From positions 438,373-502,372 of the forward strand of contig JAAOMT010000003.1 in NCBI GenBank assembly GCA_016748015.1: 64,000 nt of DNA, read 5' to 3'. Source of the stretch: Geosiphon pyriformis uo1 (Eukaryota; Fungi; Glomeromycota). The translations under genes were made by a program, and so were the position numbers. Below the pieces are notes generated by a model. It searched no databases. It was not told the origin of the DNA and saw only the letters and a list, made by a program, of their open reading frames with translations. Positions 1 through 10,539 of this stretch are shown one piece after another. Within the stretch, counting starts at the first letter, position 1; each line of letters starts with the position of its first letter.

Positions 1-3000
1 ATTCTAATGTGCAGCTGTTAATTGGTTCTTCCTCTTCTGGGATCATGTAGATTATGCGTGGTAGTGAATTGTAGATAAAATCACACTTATTACAATACTT
101 AAAGTCACTGAGGATTAAACAATGGTGATACAGTCTTGTATTTAATTGTTCTAGCCATTGTTTTTGCCCTTCCTTAGTGGGAGCTAATTCTTGGTAGTGT
201 TCATGGAATTGTTCTGGATCTAAAAGATTTATAACTGGTTCTGAGTCCCAATCAAGTTCTATGAGTTCTGGTGAGTTGTTTTTAACTGTCCTGATTTCTT
301 CTAGCGATGTGCCTTCAATTTTGGCAAGTGCCATTTGCCATATTTTGTTGTTATCATGTGGACAACTGTCTAATCGATGCACAGTCTTTCTCCAAGCAGC
401 TTCGATTGGTGTCTCTTTCCTAATCCAGTCACTAATGAGAATTGTGTATTGGCACAATTCATCACATGTTTTCTCTCTCCTAGGAATGTCATTCCACATT
501 TCTTTGTTGAAGAGAGTTTCTCCATAAGCTAAACATGGTGTATTATCTCATTTTCCCACTCATTTTGGTCTTCCAAAGTGTTTAACGAAGCATGCATGGC
601 AATAGAACTTAGTTGCCATCTGGTATTCCTCATTGTTGCCACAGCATGCACCCATTGATGACAATTTCTTGTTACAATCAGCACATATTAGCTTTGGACA
701 ATGATAGGTGGATCATTGTGGTATAGTGTAAGCATAGGGGTTATAAGTGGTGGTGGTTACTTCTTTTTCCTTTTCTTTTTCTTTTCTCTTTGTGTTCCCT
801 TTCTCCCATACCCAGCTTGTTATTGGTTTGCTTTTATTGTGGTCAGTCCAGGTCAGATCATCTGTCTCTCAGATAGGTTCTTTTCTTTGTTTACCCTTTC
901 TGTTATTATCCTATGAGAGTATTGGCGGCAGCTCATTGTGTTCTTCATTGGCCCACAAGATTTGATACACTTTCCAGATAGGTTTTGGTTTTTTTTCTTC
1001 GAAGTCAATTAGTAGTGCTATGGTGTTGGTAGCCTTGAAGTGACCACACATTCCTGGTATTCGTGTGTGTCGACCATTTTGGCTCAGCTAAAGTTCTTGT
1101 ATGTTCCAATCTAGTGTTATATTAGTCTTGAACAGCCAGTCATTCCTAATGAGTGCTTGGTATTGAGTGGCTTCTATCACCAGAACTTTGATGAGTACTA
1201 CAATGCCATTGACTTCAATTGAGAAGTCATTGATTTTGCCAATTGGGGTTTTGGTGGCTCCATCCATAGTGATAATCCTGGCACTGGCAGTGCAATCAAT
1301 TCAGTAACCTAATTGATTTATGAGTTGTCATGTAATGATGCTGCCTGCTGAACCACTGTCAAGGATTAATTTGATGAAGTAGCCATTAACTTTGGCATTA
1401 GTATACATGGCAGTAATTAGTTTCTCTTCAAGTACAGCTCTACTGAATAATGGTGTATTTGACAGTTCTTTGAATTTGAATAAGAAGATGGCATCCAAAA
1501 ATTCATTTTTGGTAATTGTAGTAAGTAGAATATTATTGGTATGTGGTTGTTGTTGTTCAATTCCTGGATTGCTAGATGTGGCGTCTTCTGGAGTTACCAG
1601 AAGGCTTAAATAGGGTTGGGAATTCAGGTTTTGGGTGGAACTGGTGTCCAAATTCTGCTGACAAGATTCTGATTGTTGGTGGAAAGAGCTGGGGATTGGT
1701 TGATATACAACCATCGCCGATCTCTAGTTTTGGGTGATCCTCAATCTTGGGTTCCCTGATGTTATTTGAGCTGGGTTTGCTGGTAATGTTTGAATGGTGG
1801 GTGTTTGATAAATTGCTGGTGGCTGTGGTTGATATATTACTTGTGACTACACCTGATAAATTGCTTGTGGTAGCGGTTAATAAACTGGAGTTTGATAAAC
1901 TGGTGGTTGATAAATTGGTTGGTGTGTCATAGGCAGGTAAGTGGGTTGGTATTGGTCTTGATTTGGGTGATAGTTTGGAGTCTGGAACCAGCAATCAGGG
2001 TTTCTATATTGATTTCTCAATCGTGGATTGCTATAAGTATGGCAGTTGGCTCTGATGTGCTCTTGTTTACCACAGTTGTGGCAGATGCACATCTCTGGCT
2101 GTTATGACTGATTGGATAATGACAATAAACATGACTGATTTTGGATACGATTCACATTTCCCTGATTGTTACGCTGTTGAGGAGGTTGATAAATTGTGCA
2201 ATTGTCAGCTAAGTATCCCTCTAATTTCTGATTAATTGAATCACTGAATTGCTTCAATTTGGAATCCAATTCAGATAATTCATTCATTGCTAGATTCACA
2301 GCTTGAGCATGATTAGCTTCTAGTTCAGCTGCTTCAAAATCTCTGGCATAGGTAACTGTGATTAGAAGGTTCACTGGATGCATTGGATGTACTCGTTGTA
2401 GGATGCTACTGCACAATTCTCTAATAAATTGATTTAAAATCTGTGGCGCTATGAAATAGTTAGCTTGGATGGCTTGTATTTGGCATAGATTTCTATGGAA
2501 GTGTCCCAAGTAGGTAGTGACTGCTTCAGTGTCCCCTTGTCTGATAGTGGTAAAGGTATTGGCTAATTTGTTAATACTATTATTGTTGCTAAAGTACTGC
2601 AAGAATTCAGTTTTGAATTCATTAAAATTTTGGGGTTTGACAGTGAGACTTTGATACTATACATCAGCAATATCCTGGAGAAAATAAGGGATCACTTGCA
2701 TCACTCTAGCATCATCTTAATTATTGACTGTAATGACTTTGGCCACATTATTTAACCAGACTTGGGCATTATCTTTTTTACCATTGAATTTGTTGAGTTT
2801 CGCGATGGGTACATAAGCCATTTGTTGTTGCTGTGATAATAGAAGTTGTTGTTGTTGTTGGGGTAATACTAGTGGCAGTTGTTGATTTTGTTGGTTTGGT
2901 GGTTAGATAGACTGGCCAATTGGTTCAATGGGTGATTGATCGATGATAATAACTGGAGATAAGTGTTGATTAATTACTTCGGGATTTGGATTGTTCTGAT

Positions 3001-3784
3001 TTGGTGGGGTTTGAATATTTGGAGTGTCATTTTCCAAATTGTCTAAATTGGGCTGGGTTTGAGAGTTCGGGGTTTTAATTTCCAGGTTTTCTAGGATCGG
3101 GTTTTGGTAAGTAAATTCTTGATCCTCAGATTCTTCTTCCTCTTCTATGTAATTTCCCAAAGACTCACAATTCCGAAATTCAGATAAGGTGGTAGTAATC
3201 AAAATCCTGATGGCATTGGTAATCAAGATTTAAATCTTTCAAAATACTTGCCATATAGTCCTAGTAGATCCTCTTTCCTTTGTTTACTTTGAAATGAGAA
3301 ACATCCAAATGCTGATGTTGCATTTGATGTGGACGCATCTATTGATGATATATTGATGGTACTTCCAGGGATATAGGTTGTTTGGGGACTCAATTTTAGT
3401 TTTCTTCCAAATGGGTGGTTGTATCTTTTGAGGTGTTACTGCTGGTGTTTGTAGTTTTCTTTTGCCTTTACTTGTGTAAGTAATTGGGTATCTTTGCTGT
3501 GTGTGGTGTTCAATTTCTTTGTTGATCTCAGTGATGATGGATGCAAAATTGTGATTTATTGGCAGGTTGGTATTTTGAATTAATTTACTGTAAAAAGTTT
3601 CTCTTGCTGATTTAATATTCACGGATGTTCTTAACAGATAGGCAATTCTTTCATTGATGTAGAAATTGAAAGTTGATTCTGCTGATATGTGATTATGGGT
3701 TAATCCCAAATGTTGACAGTAATGTTGAAATAAGGATTTTGTGAATCCTAGATGGTTTGCTCCAATGTTTTCTGATTCTGCCAC
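1..3784 (-). pseudogene. Element A Gag-protease-Cys-rich polyprotein (stops/frameshifts, partial)
   Basis: ORF pieces 3284-3844, 2903-3226, 2102-2602, 1877-2092, 1328-1714; capsid Met at 2821 (MAYVPIAKLNKF). Confidence 0.85.
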
Positions 3785-3827
3785 TTTTGGATGGGGTTGT
3801 TGGTGCTGGTTCTCTGTAGGATTATAC

Positions 3828-3843
3828 CTCACAGGAAGCACCA
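3828..3843 (-). promoter_or_regulatory. Primer-binding site of element A
   Basis: Minus strand TAACA-TT-TGGTGCTTCCTGTGAG, complementary to a tRNA 3' end ...CTCACAGGAAGCACCA. Confidence 0.85.
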
Positions 3844-3845
3844 AA

Positions 3846-4681
3846 TGTTACAGGTGACTACTTCTGGTGTTGGATTAGATAACAAACTTGTAACTTGGTG
3901 CTAAAAGTTATTCGCATTAATGTTATTAATCTGAAGGTTTTTGATTTGAGTTCTTTATATAATGGACAAAGATTCAATAGTTGTTTTATCTGTAGCTTCT
4001 CAGAATTGCAATTCTGTCAATTTTTCTCTTGGCATAATGGCCGGCAATCCTCTGGTAAGTATTTCGTATCTTCTGTACATGTTCTACCCTCTCGCAGGGG
4101 TTATTTACTAGGCAATTCTTGACGTCAGTAATCTAGCACTTTATTTAACCAATTAGTGCACAACAATAAAATCAAAATAAAATAAAATAAAGAAAAGAAA
4201 TAAAAGAAAATCATAAATAAGCCAAAGTGATTTTGCAAGTCAGTATCCCATCAATAGTCATGATCAAGAGCTATTGTTCCAGTGTGTTTAAGTATCAATT
4301 ACTATCAACATGGAGTGTTGATAGTGAAATTAGATTTGAGATACCAAATAGTTATTTATTGTGTTTGAAAGATTGTCTAAATGAAATCTAAACTTGGAGG
4401 TCTGTCTTTTTTAGCTTCTTATACTACTGCTATATATACATAATTGAGATTTCTCAATTCCTCAATTCTTCACAACAGGAATCCTGGAATTCCTGGAATC
4501 TTGCAATTCCTTTGAGAAGAATTCTAGAATTCTGGAATTCTGCGATTCCTTATAAGAATCCTGTAATTTCTGGAATCCTGCAATTCCTAAAAAGAATTCT
4601 GGAATTCCATATTTACTACGTCTACTTCTGATTGGCTAATAACTATGCTAATATATATTCCCTATATTTCTATGAGTAACA
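3846..4681 (-). repeat. 5' LTR of element A
   Basis: TGTTA at 3846, TAACA at 4677-4681; TATATA at ~4431; GGAATTCC-type repeat array ~4445-4610. Confidence 0.85.
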
Positions 4682-5299
4682 CCAGTGTTTTTTCTGGTAA
4701 GCTAATTTCAATCGAGTGTTTTACTCTTATTTCTGGATTTTTTACTAGTGCTATATCCTGATGTCAGTACTCCACGCGTTAATCCTTAATAGAGTTAGTA
4801 ATAACAACAATTAAGACAAAAAAATAAAAGAAATAACATAAAAAAATAAGCCAAGACAATGAACAAGTTAGTATCCTGTTAATAGCTGTGATCAAGAGCT
4901 ATTATTCCAGTGTAGTTAAGTATCAATTATTATCAACATGAAGTGTTGATAGTGGAGAGTGGATTTAGATGGTGAATGATTTATTTATTTAATATTTGTG
5001 AATGGAAGATTTCTAACTAAAAGATTCTGCTTTTTCTACTTCTAACACTACCACTATATATACATAATTGATGTTCTATGAGATCATTCACATTTTCAAG
5101 CAATGTGCTATGATTTCTTGAGCAATGCTCATATTGTTGAGTGATGTGCTCTAATTTTCTAATATCACTCCACATTGCTAAGCAATGTGCCATGATTTTT
5201 GATATTGCTCTATATTGCTGAGCAATGTGCTCACATGCTAAATACTATTTTTTCATTGGTCTGCTATTTTCTATATCTGTTTTCTTTTTATGAATAACA
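4682..5299 (-). repeat. LTR remnant (A-related family A2) interrupted by element A, itself inserted in LINE RT
   Basis: Colinear similarity to 4045-4681; ends ATGAATAACA at 5299; LINE RT (MTDFGLSDG) resumes at 5300. Confidence 0.8.
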
Positions 5300-7406
5300 C
5301 CATCTGATAAACCAAAATCTGTCATAATGTAATTGGTACGACCTTTGTGAATACCATTGAAAAAATGAATGAACTTGCTATATATCTTAATCCTAACTAA
5401 ATTCTTTTCAAGATGCTCCCAGCCAACTGAATCATATGTCTTCCTCATATCCTGTAAAACCATCCAAAGTTTTTGATTCTTTTCCAAAGCATTCTCAATA
5501 ACTAAGCCAATAGCAAAAATGGAAGACTAAGTTGTTATATCTTTCAGAACCAAAAAATTGTTCCCACAAAGAATGTCAAAAGTGCTGCATGCCAAAGAAA
5601 TCCTATCAGAGAGAATTTTGGAAAGAATTTTACAAGCTGTCTTGATTAAAGCAATAGGTCAAGTATTCATAAGAACATCCTCCCAATTATATGGTTTGAG
5701 AATTATTGAGACCCAAGCTTTTTTCTAAGAACCAGACACAAATTCACCAGACAAACAAGAGTTCAAAAACACCAAAAGCATATCCAGAACTGTTCTATCA
5801 CAATGTTTCCAAAGCTCATTCAATATACCTGAGAGACCAGCAGCTTTGCCATTAGGCAGAAAAAAAATCACTTCAAACAATTCATTAAACTCAATTGAAC
5901 ACATAACATTAGAAAAGACTTTATTAAAAACATACTCCAAAGGTTGATATTAATGACACCAATCACCAGAAACATTATCAACCACATAATGCTTTCTAGT
6001 CCAACCCTCCATGATAATGTTCACCTTAGATTTAACCAAATTCGGTTCCAGGATAAGTTTATTATCAACAACCAGATGATCAAAAACCACTTTGCAAAAT
6101 GGGTGTTTCAGCACACTTCTGATTGTATGACTCTTATTTATCTTAAAGCTCTCTATTCTCTTATCTATAGCAGCTTTAATGGTTGCCTTCTTAGCCCTCA
6201 AAGATTCAGCAAGTTTGAATGTGCGATAAGTCTTTCTAACACCACAAAGAGCAGAACAAACATGACCAGAGCTTATACTAGAATCCACAACATCTTGAAT
6301 GACTAAAGCCTTAACATTGTTCAAAAAAACCCAGCACTTCATAAGAGAATCAAAATTCACAACATTCTCCTCACATGAAGTCTTAACAATTTTAGAAACC
6401 AAACGTTCCAATTTGTGATATCTTAAAAATTTCCTGGTAAAAACATCATCGAAGCTCTTAAATTACCTCTTCTTAAACACCTCATTAGCTGAAAAAACTA
6501 ATATCTTGCAAACAACATCCCACATCACATTTAGATCCGAAAACCTCACAGCTACAACAAACTCATCTGAGAACATCAATGCATTGGCCAATATAGCATT
6601 ACCAAAATTTTTTCATTTAGCTTTATCAGCACCCTTGAAATTAAACTTCTAACGATCTCTATTTGCTTACTTGTAAAGAGAGTTTAGCCACATATCCAAA
6701 AGTCCACCCAAACCCACAGACATAGACACAGTCTAATGGTCAGTATCAAAAAATTCCCCAACATTAAACACTTTTTGACCTGCCATAGCATTGATCAAGT
6801 TTGAAAAGATAAACAAAAAATTGATCATCTTAGCCACATCACGAGAGTTAATACACATTGGCATTTTCACATGAAAACATCCACTTAAGGAATTAACCAA
6901 ACCAAGATCCAGACACTTTTTGAAACTGGCACACTTATAAGAGCCATCTTCATTGAAGTCGCCATTTAGAATTACAAAAGAGGACTCATTTATGGTTTTA
7001 GCAATCATAGAATTAATATCACCAGCTTGAAAGAACTGAGCCACCAAAGAAGCACCAGCATAAAGCCCAAAATTGAAACAGAAAGTTTATTTTTGAAGAG
7101 TAACTTAAGAGAGATGAACTGACCAGGAACCTCAGAAACTTTACACATGTGTTTTGCCAAAGAAATGTTCATGATAATTGCAACACCAGAACCCAAATAG
7201 CCAGAATTCAGACCAGAAGTAAAAACCTGAATACCATTAAACTTATTCATGATCCATGAGTGAATTTTACTCTTTAACTTAGTCTCAGTAACAACAGTAA
7301 TTAAATTGTTCTGTTCCTTATACTAATAAATTATATCATCCTGTTTCACAGGATTGTTTATGTCCCTAACATTGCACATGACAACCTTCTAAACCAACAC
7401 ATTCAT
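5300..7406 (-). pseudogene. LINE 1 ORF2 (AP endonuclease + partial RT)
   Basis: ATG at 7406 overlapping the ORF1 TGA; ORF pieces 7005-7250, 6733-7047, 5950-6411, 5725-5940, 5245-5487. Confidence 0.85.
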
Positions 7407-8421
7407 TGAGAAGTAGAAAAAGCTGACGTACTCAAATTTGAACACAAATAGTCCAATTTATTCAAAATAGACTCAACCAAAACTTTTAAAGCCATCATCT
7501 TGGATTCCAAACCACCAACCTTGGTGGTCAAAATCTTAGAACTGCTCAAACTCAAGCCAGTAGTTGTATCATTGATGACCTGAGAAGGAGGGGCAGAAAT
7601 CACTGAAGCACCATCCAAAACTATATCCATATCTAAACTAGAGACCACAAACACAGAAACCACTAAAGGAAAAACAACAAGTGCAATCACTGAGAGCACC
7701 AATTCTATAAAACCCAATTTCTTCAAAATACCAAAGACCTGGTCAGCCAAAAGTTCAAGAGAGCATTTCAAAGATGCTAGATAACCATACAAACTATGGT
7801 CACTAAGGGGAGCAGAAGCAAATATAAATGTTCCAGCAACAAGGGACAAACTAAGACTTAAAGGAACCAAGAGGGCCACATGAAAAGAAAAACCACCAGC
7901 TACTTAAGCCCAAGTTTTGCCACCAAAAAAAACTAGACGGGTAATAGAAATCTGTTTTTTCTTATAAATACCAGCCAAGCAGACCCGATCTTGATCAATT
8001 ACTACTTGCTTCCCATGAACACTAGAATTTCTACTAACTGAACACACATTAGAGATATGACCAAATTGTTTACATTTGGTGCAACAAGCCAGAGAAAGAC
8101 CAGCCCATCACAAATTCACATCCTTAAAAACCAGAACAGAACCAATAGCAGCCAACTTGAATGCTTCATCAGCAAAACAAACCACAACACATCTGTCATG
8201 TTGTTACGGAATGGTTTTCTTGTTATATTTAATTGCTGATATCCCGCTTTAATTGCAATCAGTCTTTCGTGAATTCCTCAATTCTATTTGTGTGATAATG
8301 TCACTGTTACACTGAAAGCTTTCTTTTTACTGTTGCAATGTAAATTATTCTTTAATTCTTGATTGTTGTGTGTGTTTATGTACTCCTTCTCAGAGGCTGA
8401 ACTGAAATCTACCCGCTGTCT

Positions 8422-8440
8422 AGATGTGTATAAGAGACAG
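8422..8440 (+). other. Nextera/Tn5 mosaic-end adapter (assembly artefact)
   Basis: Exact 19-mer AGATGTGTATAAGAGACAG preceded by CTGTCT, exactly where the 3' LTR breaks off. Confidence 0.95.
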
Positions 8441-9046
8441 GTTCAATACTGTGTTATTAATTTGTTGTTGTAATTCTTAAAATTGCAAGTTGGTAAGTTG
8501 TCCAATACTGTTAATTATTATTATGTTCATGGTTGGGTCCAACAATAATTTGTGACAGTTTTCAAATGCTTTGAAAATTCTGTAAACTGTTTTTGAATGG
8601 AATGTAGTGTTGGTTTTTCCAATGAAAGGTTCTAATAGTTGGATAGTTGTTTTGTCAAACACTCTAGTTGAGTCTTTTGAGTATAATATTTGTATGTTCA
8701 AGTGCTTTCCTAGTTGATAATAACAGTAATTAATTGGGAATTTCGTTTTCAAGTTGCTAAATGTGTCTGGTGTTAATTCACTTATTTCTATTTCTTCCAT
8801 TATTAATGTATTGCCCAATGCTATCTCTAATTTTTCAATAACTTTGCTAATAAATTTGTTGTTATATTTGGCAATATTATATGGTTCGAAATTATGTTCT
8901 TTTCTTGTTTTTGGATTTTCTATTGTTCTTTTGATGTATGTTATTTTGGAGCTATTAACTGTGATTTTTAGATCGGATTTTAATTGTTGTAAGCTTTCAA
9001 CTAATTGTTGAGTTATATTGTTGATGTTTTCTGGAATAAGTATCAT
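8441..9046 (-). pseudogene. Element B ORF3, conserved protein of unknown function
   Basis: ORF 8477-9046 (MILIPENINNITQQL...YYQLGKHL...YRIFKAF...IGQLTNLQF), homologous to ORF3 of C and D; the TAA at 8477 is probably a mutated CAA. Confidence 0.75.
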
Positions 9047-9130
9047 TGTTTTAATTTTGACTGTTATTTTGGAATCTTTTGCATGCGTTTTTATGGTTGT
9101 TAAATCATTTTTGCTGTGATCTAATATTAA

Positions 9131-10510
9131 TTATCTTTTCGAATAATGTTCAATTAAAACTATTGGTTCTAAATCTCGTGGAATTTGTTCTGGTAGAATT
9201 AAAGGTAATTGTGTTCCAATTCTGGGTGTTTTTGTTGTTATTACTGGTTTACTGTAATAAAATTTCAGCCAGTTATCATGTGCTGCTTTTCTTAATATTT
9301 TATCATCTAGTCTTAGCTTGTATGCTCCATTTCCAAGTATTTCGTGAATATAAAATGGTCCATCCCACTTGTGATCAAATTTTCCACTCCACTGTTTTTC
9401 CATTTTTGTACAATGCAACAATACTTTATCTCCAATTTTGTAGTTAATTATATTATCTGGTAACTGGTTATCATGTCTCACTTTTTGTTGTTCTTGTGAT
9501 TGTTCAATATTTTGTGCTGCTTTTCTTTTTTTTTTTTCTAAAGTTCCCATTAATTCGTATGTTCTTCTAAGTAGTGTTTCCTGGAATGTTGCTTCCATGA
9601 TAGTGTCACTCAGATAAGTTGGAATAGTAAGTTCAACGGGTAATGTGGCTTTTCTTCCATAAACTAGTTCGAACAGTGTGAATTGTGTAGTATCTTGTTT
9701 TACTGTTCTATATGCTAGTAGTACTGCTGGTATAAACAAATCCCATTCTTTTTCATGTTCATTACTAATTTTCGCCAGTGATTTGCATAATGTGCGATTA
9801 AATCTTTCAACTAATCCATTTGTTTGAGGGTGGTATGGTGATGACAGTGGTCGCTTGATTCCAAATTTTTGGCTAAGTTCTTTTAAGGTGCTGTTTACGA
9901 AGTGTATGCCTTGATCTGATAGCAATTCTTGTGGACATCCATGTCGGCAAATTAAGTCTTCATGTATGAATTGAGCTACGGAAATAGCATCAGCTGTTTT
10001 AATAGCTCTAGCTTCTGGCCATTTGGTGAGATAGTCCATGGCTACTGCAATATAATGGTTGTTTCTTGTTGTTATTGGTAAGGGTCCAACTAAATCAATT
10101 CCGATTCTTTCAAATGGCTGTCCAATTTTTATTGGTCTTAATAATTCCGTTGTTTTTGCTCCTCCTCTTCATTGGCATGGGTCACAATTTCTTATGTATT
10201 GGATTATGTCTGAGCTCATTTTTGGCCAATAGTAATGGCTAGTTGCACGTTGGATGGTTGCTGTTTTTCCAAAGTGGCCTGAATGAATATCTGAGTGCAT
10301 GTTAAATAAGATAGTTTCTTTTTCATCCGTGGTTATAACTCTTAATGGATTATCTGGATTTTGTCGATTCCGGTAATAAAGTATGTGATTTTGGATGAAA
10401 TAGTGTTTTGCTAATTTTTGGAGCTTAATTAGCTCTTTTACTGGCATTTCTTCGTCTATTTGTAGTGTTTCCAAGTATTGGCTGAGGTTTTTGTAAAGGT
10501 GGTTGTTCAT
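9131..10510 (-). pseudogene. Element B integrase (separate cistron, one in-frame stop)
   Basis: HHCC (HSDIHSGHFG...CDPCQ), DDE core (SDQG, PYHPQTNGLVER), GPY/F (WDGPFYI); own ATG at 10510. Confidence 0.93.
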
Positions 10511-10539
10511 TGTTGTTATGGTGGGTGGGTTGGTGATTT

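Larger units (their letters stand above)
1..4681 (-). mobile_element. Ty3/Gypsy-like LTR retrotransposon A (5' part; runs off left edge)
   Basis: 5' LTR 3846-4681 (TGTTA...TAACA), PBS next to it, gag CCHC knuckle CHNCGKQEHIRANC, protease LILDSGSAGS, Cys-rich domain at ~90-700. Confidence 0.92.

Noticed and set aside
261-2107. Plus-strand ORFs over LTR elements (also 13058-14607, 37394-38652, 48233-51685)
   Set aside because: Antisense shadows of A/C-rich gag-pol; not conserved between families
4445-4610. Heat-shock elements in LTR A
   Set aside because: TTCnnGAA units occur, but GAA-TTC lacks the 2-nt spacing needed for a contiguous three-unit HSE
5089-5229. CRISPR-like spaced palindromic repeats
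   Set aside because: Spacers resemble each other, the array sits inside an LTR and recurs in a sister LTR, and there are no cas genes in this eukaryotic context
8057-8239. ORF sharing a C-terminus with 15901-16086
   Set aside because: Both simply read into the same LTR end
8422-8440. Genuine Tn5/IS50 transposon end
   Set aside because: It is the synthetic mosaic end, single, with no transposase, at a truncation point
8477-9046. ORF3 as an env gene
   Set aside because: Short, with no visible signal peptide, TM anchor or fusion peptide
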